Origin: a virus
Strand: one strand, 5' to 3'
Length of the DNA stretch: 64,000 bases
Virus record (IMG/VR): IMGVR_UViG_3300009430_000001
Coordinates: 32,598-96,597 of that record
Part shown: positions 19,259-28,600 of the stretch, in pieces
Position numbering within the stretch: the first letter of the stretch is position 1
Layout of the letters: every line of letters begins with the position of its first letter
Made by a program: the position numbers and the translations under genes
The notes under the pieces: generated by a model
Told to the model about the DNA's origin: nothing
Seen by the model: only the letters and a program-made list of their open reading frames with translations
Databases searched by the model: none

Positions 19259-19477
19259 GTGCCGGGATTTCATCCAACCGTAGGCGCCTTGTCTGGCGCT
19301 TTGGTTGGCGCGATGGCCTTGGCAGCGCTTGAGATAATTGATCAGGCTTATGACAAAGAGGGTTGGGATGCGGCGAAGCAGCGGGTTGATGAATTCATCA
19401 ATAATCTGCATCGCCAGAGGGCTGAGCGCCAAGGGGCTGAACGGCCTAGGCGGATGATCCGCATTCAGCAGGCTTGA
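19259..19477 (+). CDS. small membrane-anchored protein
   Basis: Hydrophobic N-terminal helix followed by a charged helix. Confidence 0.5.
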   Translation: MPGFHPTVGALSGALVGAMALAALEIIDQAYDKEGWDAAKQRVDEFINNLHRQRAERQGAERPRRMIRIQQA

Positions 19478-19507
19478 GTACCCTGGGGGCACAGGCTTCT
19501 TCTTTCC

Positions 19508-20119
19508 ATGGCAGTCAAGAGATACGCCGGTAGTAGCAATGTCGTGGATGACATCTTGGCGGCTGTTGGCGACAATGCATATACTAGGGCGTGGAGTGAC
19601 GCCATGGGAAATGCGATACGGCCTGTGGATAGAATGATTGCTTCTGACTCTGATCGGTTTGCGTCTTCCTTGAAAGAAATGGAAGGGCTGATTAACCGTG
19701 GAGTCGAGGAAGCGAAAGGGCAGGGGTTATCGCAGGCTGCAGGGGAGCAGCTGCTTGCAAGGTTGAATCGGCTTGATCCTAGCGGTGCTCTCGCTGAAAA
19801 CATGGGAGCTGGGCTGAGTCAGGCAGTGGAAAGAGCAAAGCGGAATGGGTCTTCGGTGGGGAGTGAATTTGCGGGTTTGGTATTTGATGCTCGAGAAGAT
19901 CTGAAACCGGAGTTGATCGATGCGTATCTGAAGCAGCATCCGCCCTCTGATGTTCACATGATGACCAAGGCGGGCGGATTGCTTCATGCAGCAGCAGGCA
20001 TGGCGCCTTCTGCGTATGGCATCCCGGCTGCGGGAGCAGGTCTTGCTGCGTGGGGCCTGCATGATTATCTGCAGGCCCAGCAGCAGGCGGAGAAGGAGTC
20101 TCAGCTTCCAATGAGCTGA
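19508..20119 (+). CDS. late-type protein with C-terminal glycine-zipper-like segment
   Basis: TACCCTG at 19479; N-terminus MAVKRYAG; C-terminus GIPAAGAGLAAWGL. Confidence 0.7.
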   Translation: MAVKRYAGSSNVVDDILAAVGDNAYTRAWSDAMGNAIRPVDRMIASDSDRFASSLKEMEGLINRGVEEAKGQGLSQAAGEQLLARLNRLDPSGALAENMGAGLSQAVERAKRNGSSVGSEFAGLVFDAREDLKPELIDAYLKQHPPSDVHMMTKAGGLLHAAAGMAPSAYGIPAAGAGLAAWGLHDYLQAQQQAEKESQLPMS

Positions 20120-20123
20120 GGGC

Positions 20124-20441
20124 TTAGCAGTGATTGAGCTCTTCTGCGAGGAGCTGGTTGTCCAGTAAGGCTGCCTGGATCTCGTCGGGAGACATGTTGT
20201 CAGCTCCTCTACTGCGGTTGAGATCAGCGGCTTCGGGAATGATGTTACTCCAGTCGTCGGTGAGCTCGGGGCAGTTGTGTTGGCTGATGACGTGAGAAAG
20301 ATCTCGCTGCTCCCAGAATTCTTTGATTTCATGGGGGTCATCGAGTTCTTCAGGCGTAACAGCCAGCATGTCGGAGAAGTCTCCTCCGTAGGGCTCGGCT
20401 CGACTGTCGAGGTATGAGGTGAGATTGAATGGTAGGTTCAT
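20124..20441 (-). CDS. small protein with possible HNH/His-Me finger
   Basis: DLSHVISQHNCPELTDDWSNIIPE...LNRSRG. Confidence 0.45.
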   Translation of the reverse strand: MNLPFNLTSYLDSRAEPYGGDFSDMLAVTPEELDDPHEIKEFWEQRDLSHVISQHNCPELTDDWSNIIPEAADLNRSRGADNMSPDEIQAALLDNQLLAEELNHC

Positions 20442-20446
20442 CGTGG

Positions 20447-21334
20447 TCAAGAGGAGAAGAAGGCTGTTATGTTGTAAGTCGTGGTGTTGGTGATTATTCT
20501 TGCCAAGGTGACGGCATTAGAGTTGGTGAATTTTGTTGATTGTTTTTGATGTGGTTTTAGCAACAGGGTGTTGACATCTAGGGCGTCTTCGAGCAAGAGC
20601 TGGGGAAAGAAGCCGTGGAGTGGGTTGTTGATGTATTTTCTGTGCCATTGAATGGACTTGCGGGGAGCAGCTAAAGATGATATAGCTAAAGAATTGTCTT
20701 TGAATTCGTTTAGGATGTTTTGGTAGTCTGCGACAAGATGTCTGTTGGTGATTTCCTTTGAAGAAATAAATGCTATTTCTTCGTCTTCCAGTTGGGTGAT
20801 AAGTCGCTTTCTGCCTTCGATCCTCTGGGTTAGAGGTGAGCTGATGATGCCAAGTGAGGCAAATGCCAAAATGCCCGTTGCAGCATCGCCCAAGAAGGCT
20901 GGAAAGTCGTATTGCTTTGCTCTTTTAAGTCGGCTTTCTTTGATTCGTAGTTCGTTGTAGTAGATTTCGTTGAAGCGGGTGATTTTGGTTAAAATGGAAT
21001 GAGCGTCTTTGGCAATGCGCTGATTCTTGAGGATTTTACGTTCAAGATTTGCATGTAGTGATCCCGGCTGTATGATGTCATATAGCCGGGTTTGTCCTGA
21101 TGGTTTTTGATAGACCTGGGCAAATAGGTGATCACCTGCCCTGTATTGACAGAACAGGTCAGCAGCCTCTGATCGATGTTGTGACCGTCTGTCGAAGCAG
21201 GTGATTTCAGTTGGTGGTCCGTTTTCAGGGATGAGGGTCAGGCGCCTGCCAAGTCGGAATGGGATGACTTCAGCGACGGCGCCACTGATGAGTCTGGTAG
21301 TAGCGAAAATGTTTGGATTTTGAAAAGTAGTCAT
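20447..21334 (-). CDS. AT-rich hypothetical protein (moron-like)
   Basis: 295 aa; markedly lower GC; coiled-coil plus one hydrophobic segment. Confidence 0.65.
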   Translation of the reverse strand: MTTFQNPNIFATTRLISGAVAEVIPFRLGRRLTLIPENGPPTEITCFDRRSQHRSEAADLFCQYRAGDHLFAQVYQKPSGQTRLYDIIQPGSLHANLERKILKNQRIAKDAHSILTKITRFNEIYYNELRIKESRLKRAKQYDFPAFLGDAATGILAFASLGIISSPLTQRIEGRKRLITQLEDEEIAFISSKEITNRHLVADYQNILNEFKDNSLAISSLAAPRKSIQWHRKYINNPLHGFFPQLLLEDALDVNTLLLKPHQKQSTKFTNSNAVTLARIITNTTTYNITAFFSS

Positions 21335-21436
21335 GTTGGCGATGGGGTGAAAGATTGAGCGAGCGTCAGCGAGCTGGCGCTAATGAAAAAAACCACCCCG
21401 TAGTGGGGTGGCTTTTGAGTCATGAAGGCTCTGGAC

Positions 21437-21847
21437 TCACTTGGCGCGACGCAGCGCGTTCCCTTCCGGGTAGCGTTTGTCAGCCAGATGGTCCGAGAAG
21501 GCGTAAACGCCAATGCCAGACCGCTGAACGGTCTTGTTCTCCTCGTCTCGGGTGACGACGCCGAGACTTAGTCCGCAGCCGTTTTCAACGGGAGACTCGA
21601 ACGAGATGAACAGAGGGCCTGCCTCGTGAAAGACGCCGTCGGCGTTCTCGAGGGTGATGCGGGCGTCCTTACGGGCAGCCGCAGCGGACTCCTTGCGGCA
21701 CTCGGGAGAACCAGCAACGGGAGCACTGGCGGACTCCTTCTTGGAGTCCTGGGGCGCCGAGCCATTGCCATTACTGGCGGGGCCTTCGACCTTCCTTTCG
21801 GTGGTCTCGGCACTGGTCTCGACGGTTTGGGTGGCGGCTTCAGCCAT
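21437..21847 (-). CDS. hypothetical protein
   Basis: 136 aa ATG ORF between two hairpin repeats. Confidence 0.65.
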   Translation of the reverse strand: MAEAATQTVETSAETTERKVEGPASNGNGSAPQDSKKESASAPVAGSPECRKESAAAARKDARITLENADGVFHEAGPLFISFESPVENGCGLSLGVVTRDEENKTVQRSGIGVYAFSDHLADKRYPEGNALRRAK

Positions 21848-21937
21848 GATGGATGAACTTGGGATTGTGTGGTGCCCATCTCCACTGAGGGCATAAAAAC
21901 AAGGCCCCCGTGGAGGGGCCTTTGGATGAGGAGGGGA

Positions 21938-22096
21938 TCAGCGCATGACGCGCTGAATGACTGGAGACGGCACTGGCCGGTCTAGTTGACCGAATGTGCC
22001 GTATGCGGAGCGGAGCTCGCGCCATTGCACGATGGTCATGCAGATGACCATACCTGCAATGGTGACGCAGGCATGAGGGGTGTAATCGCGATTCAT
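21938..22096 (-). CDS. 52 aa membrane microprotein (not in ORF track)
   Basis: MNRDYTPHACVTIAGMVICMTIVQWRE...; bounded by hairpins 22125 and 21901. Confidence 0.5.
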   Translation of the reverse strand: MNRDYTPHACVTIAGMVICMTIVQWRELRSAYGTFGQLDRPVPSPVIQRVMR

Positions 22097-22153
22097 GGTG
22101 AATCACGCGAAGGGCATAAAAGGAAGGCCCCCGATTACTCGAGGGCCTTGAGG

Positions 22154-22327
22154 TTAGATATTGGAATTGATGGCGATCAATTCTTCGCATTCTTGATGAA
22201 TGCGATCAAGGATTTCCATAAGATCTGGATCTTGATCCATCTCCCATGCAATCCAGAAATGATTGCGGGAATCCTGTTCAAAGGATTCAAGGGCGGCCTG
22301 AGCGGCCTCGGAGTATGGAGCATCCAT
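22154..22327 (-). CDS. 57 aa acidic microprotein (not in ORF track)
   Basis: MDAPYSEAAQAALESFEQD...; TGATG-coupled to the upstream gene. Confidence 0.55.
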   Translation of the reverse strand: MDAPYSEAAQAALESFEQDSRNHFWIAWEMDQDPDLMEILDRIHQECEELIAINSNI

Positions 22328-22530
22328 CAGAGGAGCTCCAGGACGATTTCATCTATGGCGTCCTGAAGGGAGGCGCCAGCCTTCATGCGGGAATCGACAT
22401 CCCGAGCCACGTGGCCCAGGTTGTCATAGCCCATCATGAAGACGGATGAAAGAGGCTGATACGCCTCAATGGCCAGCGCGATGCGCTGGAGATGGAGCGG
22501 CGCGGCGCTCCAGGAAGGATTGAGAGCCAT
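22327..22530 (-). CDS. small hypothetical protein
   Basis: ATG 22530, 24 nt from hairpin 22554. Confidence 0.6.
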   Translation of the reverse strand: MALNPSWSAAPLHLQRIALAIEAYQPLSSVFMMGYDNLGHVARDVDSRMKAGASLQDAIDEIVLELL

Positions 22531-22582
22531 GGCTCTATTGAAGGACACTGATGAAAGGCCCCCGTGGAGGGGCCTTGTGGGG

Positions 22583-22819
22583 CTAGCCGTAGTTGGCTGG
22601 GAGTTCAACGTCTTTGGCGAGGATCTCGTGGAAGAGATCGTCGGCCTGAGGTGTGAACTCAGTGCCTTCACGGCGTTGATCGAGCACTTGCTCGAAGGTG
22701 AGTGGGGAGTCGCACGGCATGAGTGGTGCCGTGCGGATGATGGGAACGTCCCACATGTCGTGGAGCGATCCCATGGAGTCCTCCATGGTGTAGGAGGACA
22801 TGAAGAATTGAGCTTGCAT
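22583..22819 (-). CDS. small hypothetical protein
   Basis: ATG 22819, 27 nt from hairpin 22846. Confidence 0.55.
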   Translation of the reverse strand: MQAQFFMSSYTMEDSMGSLHDMWDVPIIRTAPLMPCDSPLTFEQVLDQRREGTEFTPQADDLFHEILAKDVELPANYG

Positions 22820-22881
22820 GATGCTGCGCTCGAGGGACAGTAAACAAAGCCCCCCGTGGAGGGGGCCTTGTGGCGATGGAG

Positions 22882-23055
22882 CTACTCGAGCTCTGCAAGC
22901 CACATGGATTCCATGTGATGGCCAATGAGCATTGCCGCAGCATAGTCAGGGTCTGTGCTGGGCGGAATGTCAGTGTTGTGGCGAAGTCTTGCACGCTCGA
23001 TTGCTTGATTGAGTGAGTTGATCATCCATGAGTGATCAACGAGTGAGATTGTCAT
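22882..23055 (-). CDS. small hypothetical protein
   Basis: ATG 23055, 28 nt from hairpin 23083. Confidence 0.55.
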   Translation of the reverse strand: MTISLVDHSWMINSLNQAIERARLRHNTDIPPSTDPDYAAAMLIGHHMESMWLAELE

Positions 23056-23252
23056 TGCTGATGCAATTGAAGGACACTGATTAAAGGCCCCCGCGGAGGC
23101 CAATGCCGGCTCCAGAGAGGGTTTGCCGGCCAACTCCTGCGCCTGAAATTGCCTCCAGGGGGCAAAGTGTAATGACCGGGGGTAATTGTGAGACTGCTTG
23201 CTATACTAGCCGTCGCAGTTTGATATACCCCCGGGGTGTAAGTGTGGGACTT

Positions 23253-23273
23253 CCGCATTGTGTCTAAGTCTAG
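23253..23273 (-). repeat. asymmetric motif copy 5 (inverted)
   Basis: Reverse complement is CTAGACTTAGACACAATGCGG, identical to 2814..2834. Confidence 0.85.
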
Positions 23274-23735
23274 CCAAAGCGAAAGATCCCTGTGGTACCA
23301 ACGGGTCTGGGGCCTGTGGGTATAGCTGAATAGCTGGATGCATGGCTGTATGTCGACATGCGCCGCTGGTCGCGGCAGCAGTCGTATTGAATGTGGAGAT
23401 GGGCTGATGGATGGGTGAGATCCCTTGCAGCGACTGGGATCTCGAGGAATATGCGCCCGGTGCCGCACCGTCTGGGCGGTATGCGGCGGGGCTTATGAAG
23501 GCTTACGTGCGTTTGCTGTAGATGTGCACAGGGGGGCACTAGCAGCCGAGGTAGCACGTGACGCTTATGAGGACGCATGCACGTGAGCTGCAGATGCACA
23601 CGGGGGCATTGGCAGCTGATGATGCGCATGGAGCTGATGCAGCATTGGTATGCTGATGATTCATTTGCTTTCATGCGAGCGGAAGCGAGCATGGGGAGCA
23701 AATGAAAAAAGAGTCCCCGTAGGGACTCTGGTGCA

Positions 23736-23999
23736 CTACTTGGCGTAGATGCAGACGCGGGCATTGCCCGCCTTAGATTTGATGACCTTTCCGAAGGCGT
23801 CAGGCGCCTCCTCGTCTGGCCCGAAGCCAGACAGGACGTGCACGCCGATGAGGGAAGCCAAGAACTCTTCGGCCTTGACTTCAGACCCGAGGGCCTGAGC
23901 AAGCCTGGCCTTGAACTTCTTGGTGAAGCCCAAGTTACCAAGCCAAAGTACGTCCTTGGTGTCGGTGGAGGCGTTGGCCTGAGTGGTGGCGTTAGCCAT
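23736..23999 (-). CDS. hypothetical protein, first gene of the leftward arm
   Basis: 87 aa; ATG 28 nt from hairpin 24027. Confidence 0.7.
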   Translation of the reverse strand: MANATTQANASTDTKDVLWLGNLGFTKKFKARLAQALGSEVKAEEFLASLIGVHVLSGFGPDEEAPDAFGKVIKSKAGNARVCIYAK

Positions 24000-24194
24000 G
24001 TGTCGCTACTGCGAACTACAGCAATCAAAGGTCCCCGTGGAGGGACACATGATTCTGTAGTGGTATGTGTAGCTTTGGTATGTGTGTCCTGATTTAGGGG
24101 TAGGTGGGGTTTTTTATGCAGGGCCCCCGTTGGAGGGCTAGGGAGGGGCGTGTCTCGATTATGTTTTTAACGATTTTCCGCGCGCGTATAGCGG

Positions 24195-24224
24195 CTAGTT
24201 GGCTTGTACTAGCTGTGTACCCTG
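24195..24224 (+). promoter_or_regulatory. CTAGT-N5-TGTACTAGC inverted repeat plus TACCCTG late box
   Basis: Same inverted repeat at 35865..35883; TACCCTG lies 26 nt before ATG 24244. Confidence 0.6.
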
Positions 24225-24243
24225 AGGCGGTCGCATGCTGCTG

Positions 24244-24372
24244 ATGGCAAAGTCACCAACGATCGCCGGCAAGATCGTCATCGTCTCGAAGCCGAAGAAG
24301 ACCACGCAGGGCCAGGGCCAGCACAGCCGGCCGCGGAACGGGCGGAAGAAAATGCGGGGGCAGGGGCGGTGA
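24244..24372 (+). CDS. 42 aa highly basic phage peptide (not in ORF track)
   Basis: MAKSPTIAGKIVIVSKPKKTTQGQGQHSRPRNGRKKMRGQGR; PKKT.QG...RGQG pattern known from aquatic phages; GTGA-coupled to the next gene. Confidence 0.7.
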   Translation: MAKSPTIAGKIVIVSKPKKTTQGQGQHSRPRNGRKKMRGQGR

Positions 24373-25091
24373 AGCCGCGCTATCAAGCCATTCATTTGCC
24401 ACCTGGGCGCCCAAAAGAGCGCAATGAGGCCTGGCGGGTAATGGAGACCCTCGGCTCGATGGAAGCGTGGGGAAAAGACGATCCAAGAACTGATCGCATC
24501 TTCACGCTTCTTGGTCATGGCGGTGAGCTCAATGAAGATCGCCTCCTTGACCCAACTCATGCGCCGCGGCTTGAGGTGCAGGATCTCGAGCTTCTGGCTG
24601 ATGCGCATGATGAGATTGTTCGCGCAGACCCTGCATTACGCGAGGAGATGGAGTTCATCCCTCGGATTCTTGCCAGAGCCACAGAGCCTCGCGATCTACC
24701 CTCTTCATCAAGTGACGAGGCGCAGCCGGGCAACATGAGGCAGTGGAAGCGAAGCGGCAAGCAGCCTTCATGGGCGGCCGGTGTCGCGGATGACGTCCTC
24801 GGCGGGGAGGCGCCGCCAGCGCCAGACAAGGAGGTCACGCCGCCCGATCCTCAGGTGCGGCAGCCGGCCGAGCGGAGCAACCCCACCGGGCAGGAGACGC
24901 CGCAGACGAACCTGAAGACGAAGAAGGATGCCGAGGAGGCCTGGGACTGGGGTCGATTCGCCGGGGATGCCCTGCCCTGGCTTGCGGCCGCAGGTGGCGG
25001 CGCCGTGGGTGGCGCAGCGCTCATGCACTTGCTCTCGAGGCCGGCTGTCGCGGCTCCGGCCATTGCTCAACCTGGAGCGGAGAACTACTGA
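24369..25091 (+). CDS. late protein with C-terminal glycine-rich TM-like segment
   Basis: 240 aa; RFAGDALP followed by AAAGGGAVGGAAL. Confidence 0.7.
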   Translation: MKPRYQAIHLPPGRPKERNEAWRVMETLGSMEAWGKDDPRTDRIFTLLGHGGELNEDRLLDPTHAPRLEVQDLELLADAHDEIVRADPALREEMEFIPRILARATEPRDLPSSSSDEAQPGNMRQWKRSGKQPSWAAGVADDVLGGEAPPAPDKEVTPPDPQVRQPAERSNPTGQETPQTNLKTKKDAEEAWDWGRFAGDALPWLAAAGGGAVGGAALMHLLSRPAVAAPAIAQPGAENY

Positions 25092-25321
25092 TGCCGATCA
25101 CACGATTTGCTGGAGAGAAGCTTCGGAGCAAGGTCGAGAACGGCCCGTCTGACATCACGAATCCAATGGAGCCACTGCGGGAGAGGATTCTCAATGCGGC
25201 TGCTCTCTTGACTTCCTTGGGTGAGAGGAATCCCGTTGGAGCCGTTTGGGCTGGCATTAACGCTGGAAAAGCGGGTGCTGTCACGCTCGATGACGCTCGC
25301 AGAAACGGCTGGATGCAGTGA
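25091..25321 (+). CDS. small late protein
   Basis: TGATG coupling; N-terminal RFAGEKLR. Confidence 0.65.
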   Translation: MPITRFAGEKLRSKVENGPSDITNPMEPLRERILNAAALLTSLGERNPVGAVWAGINAGKAGAVTLDDARRNGWMQ

Positions 25322-25329
25322 TTTTCCAC

Positions 25330-25346
25330 ACTTAGACACAACGCGG
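25330..25346 (+). repeat. asymmetric motif copy 6
   Basis: ACTTAGACACAACGCGG, 4 nt before ATG 25351. Confidence 0.85.
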
Positions 25347-25350
25347 AACC

Positions 25351-25605
25351 ATGGCACTTCGAAAAGCGGGCGACAAGCTGCGAGAGCACGCTGAAAAGAG
25401 CAAAAAGCCGGTTGTGCCCAAAGATGCACCGATGACGCATGGCGGCAAAGGCGGGACGAAGGGCACGTTCACGGCTGCTGCATCACGTCACGACATGGGC
25501 GTGCAGGAGTTTGCGAGCCAAGTCAAAGCACATCCGGAAAATTACAGCCCGGCGATGCGCAAAAAGGCGAATTTCGCCGCAAATGCCGCAAAATGGAAGC
25601 ATTGA
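25351..25605 (+). CDS. small basic putative virion protein
   Basis: KGTFTAAA..H..GVQEFASQV.A..ENYS....KKANFA.NA.KWKH module; N-terminal RKAGDKLR. Confidence 0.75.
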   Translation: MALRKAGDKLREHAEKSKKPVVPKDAPMTHGGKGGTKGTFTAAASRHDMGVQEFASQVKAHPENYSPAMRKKANFAANAAKWKH

Positions 25606-25652
25606 TCGCCTGAATTCAGCGCCTACCCTGGTCGTAGGCATGGATTCCTAGC

Positions 25653-28600
25653 GTGGTTGTACTTGCTCCCACTGATTTCGTCGCATTTTCGCAGGCGATT
25701 GGCACTGATTACGCCGCCAGTGATGAGGAAAAGGCCCGCATCGCGCCGATCGTGGCGCAATGGAAGGCCGAAGTGGCGTCTCAGCAGCGCGAGGACCGCG
25801 GGCCCAACGCTCTCGGCGGCGTCCTGGCCGGCGCGGGGATCCTCGGGGCCGGTCTTGGTGGGGCCTGGCTGGCGCGCCAGCTCAAGAAGCAGGGCGTCAG
25901 GCCCGAGATCGCCGAGCAGACCGCGGCTGCGGTGGCCGCCAAGGGCTCGCCCCCCCCGGCATCGGGCGGTGCGCCACCGGCTTCGGTTGTGGCGTCACCT
26001 GCGACGCGGGGCCTGGATCGGGTTACCCGGCAAGGCGGCGGGATCTCCCGGGCGCGCGGCGAGTACGACCCCGCCAGCTTGATCCAAAATCCAAAGCTGG
26101 GTCCGCAGATCATGCAGGCCGACACGCCAGAGAAGCGATCGGCACTCGTTCAGGACCTGGCCGCCGCTGGTGACTCCCGGGCCGAGCGTGTTCAACGTTT
26201 GCTCGAGGTTGGCGAGCAGGATTGGCCGACTGAAACGGCTGGGGTGGGCCGGGAGTCGGGCCAGCCTTTCGAGGTCACCTACCAGTCGGCGGCTGGAGCG
26301 CTCGCCGGGATCGGCGGTCGGCAGCGTTACGGCAGCACCACCTATGGTGAGACCGAGGCCGATGCTATGGCTGCGGGCTTCAATGCGCCTACATTGGGTC
26401 AGACGCGGCGCACCGGTGCTGGCATGTATCAGCCTGGGTATTACGAGCCAGAGGAGCAGTACGGGGCGAACATCGAGCTTTCAAATGGCAAGCTCTTAAT
26501 GCGCAGTAACGGCAAGGGAGGCCAGACGCCGGTGCGCTTTGGAGAGCAAAATGCTGCTTTGAACTTTTACAAGGCCGAGAAGCGGCCAATTGCGAAAAGT
26601 GATCTTGTCGCGGCCGAAGATCCGGAGCGCGACGAAAAGGTTCGTGGTTATATTGATCGTGAAGATGCGACTACTGCAGGAATGATTGAGTCGCTGCCAG
26701 CGACATCGAAGCAGTGGCCTCGTACTGGCTATGTGGATACATCTGCGGCTCGCATTCCAATTACGCCGCCTGAGCGCGTTCTCAATGTTGATGCGCTGGG
26801 CTTGGCCGGTGAACTTCCTATTGATCAAATGTCAATGTATGATATTTACGAACATCAGGCAAATCCCTCGCTTGCAAATCCTTCGTTGACGCAGGGGCAA
26901 AAGTATTTGGTTTTGAAGCCGGAATGGCAAAGTAGGATCGACGCATTGGCAGATAATCTCGAGCCTGGTCGGCCGTATCCGTATAAGTTCAATCAGCCTG
27001 AGGAGCCATGGTCATATCAGGCAAATAAGGGCTACACGATTGGCAGTGAGGCTGTTCCAGGTGGCAAGGGCGCGCGTCGTCAGGTCTTTCGTAGAGAGAC
27101 TTACACGGAGTACGATCCCAATTTGGTTCGCGAGATTCCGATTTATGATAAAGAGGGTAATATCACTCGCATGGAGCGTGTTGTCGGCGGTTTTGGTCCA
27201 ACGAGGGAGACGGTTGCTGATCGCGATATTGAATTGCCAACTCTCGAAAGAGTTCCGATTGATGCAAGCGCCTATCGCGGCAAGACGTCGCTTGAGACGG
27301 CTGGAGCCGAGGGAGAGCCGGTGGATTACAGCATTAATCGGTGGCAGGATCGCATTGTTCCGCGCGATGACGATTTTACGTCTTCGTTGCTTGATTATGC
27401 CGCCAAAGCGCATCGGCATGTTCAGGCCCTTCGCGCACAGGCCCAGGTCCTTGAATTTTCCGACCCTAGAGGGGCAAAGCAGCTTTTAAGGGAAGCTGGC
27501 GTCGCGGAACAGGCGGTGATCACTGTTCAGCGCAAGATAGAGGATCTACGCTATCAGACAGCCGAACAGGAGGGTCGAATTAAATCGGTCAACGCGAGTT
27601 TCGCGCAGGGTCCTTACATTCTCAAGGAGTTTGGCGAATCTGGCATGCGTGCTGGCGCACGCTTGAGAGTTGCTGCCAAGGATCACTTGTCGCGCACGGG
27701 AAAGCCGTTGACGCAGCGGCAAGAGATGGATCTGGCCACTGATCTGGCGGTGCAGCACAACACGGATCTTTTCACGGTGTTGCGTGCTTCTCGTCTTGGC
27801 ACCGTGACGCAACCGGAACGCTTGGATGCTGGTGGCGGAAGACTGACAGATCCTCAGGAGCGTCAGCGCGGTGGCGATGTCGTGGGCCTTCGCCAGTTCA
27901 AAGAGTCTGGTGCTATTGTTGGAACCGCTAAGCCGATTGGCGGTAAAGAGCCAGATTTTCTTGAGCGCGTGTATGAAGTGCTCGAGCTGCAACCGCGGCT
28001 TGGCCGTTCCGCTGAGCGCAATGCGGCGTTGGAGGGCAAGGCAAGGGAGTTGGCTGACTCCTTTCAGAACCAGATTCCGGAGCTCGGTAAACTGCTCAAG
28101 CTTGGTGGTGTTTCTGAGCAGGAAAAGGTTAGCCTTGTCTTTGAGGCGATTTCGATGGCTGCCAAAGACTATCACAAGGCGATCAAGGTATTTCCGGAGC
28201 TTGGCGCAAAGGCCTATGCGGGCGGGCCTGGCACGCACTTCTTTGAGGCTTTCATGAAGACCTACGTGCGCAAGGCTGCAAATTTGATGGGTATTGAGTT
28301 ATCCGGTGGCCAGGGCACACAGGCATCATTGATGACGCTTGCCGCCGGCACCAGTGAACGCTTGATTAACAAGGCGCGTCGCGAGGGGGTTTCGCCTCGT
28401 GTTGTGTTAGATGAGGTGATTGCTGGCGCTGAATCGCCGGCCGAGGCTTTCGAGCGTCTCGATGCGCGTATCAGCAATGTGCAGAAGACGGAAGCGGCGG
28501 ATGACCCGAATACCAATGGATCGTTGCTGGCTGAAAAGCTTTGGCAGTTGCCAAGCAGTGAGATTGGTGATACTGCTGCGGGCCAGTTGAAGCAGCGCCT

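Larger units (their letters stand above)
15261..24138 (-). repeat. dense array of hairpin-repeat-headed gene cassettes
   Basis: Copies at 15261, 15859, 16148, 16670, 17193, 18989, 21386, 21901, 22125, 22554, 22846, 23083, 23705, 24027 and 24120; most lie 18-32 nt before a minus-strand start codon. Confidence 0.85.

Noticed and set aside
15261-24138. Hairpin repeats as a CRISPR array
   Set aside because: Spacing is irregular (about 0.1-2.4 kb), the intervals are whole genes, and there are no cas genes
15261-24138. Hairpin repeats as integron attC sites
   Set aside because: Too short, no RYYYAAC/GTTRRRY ends, and no integrase in the window
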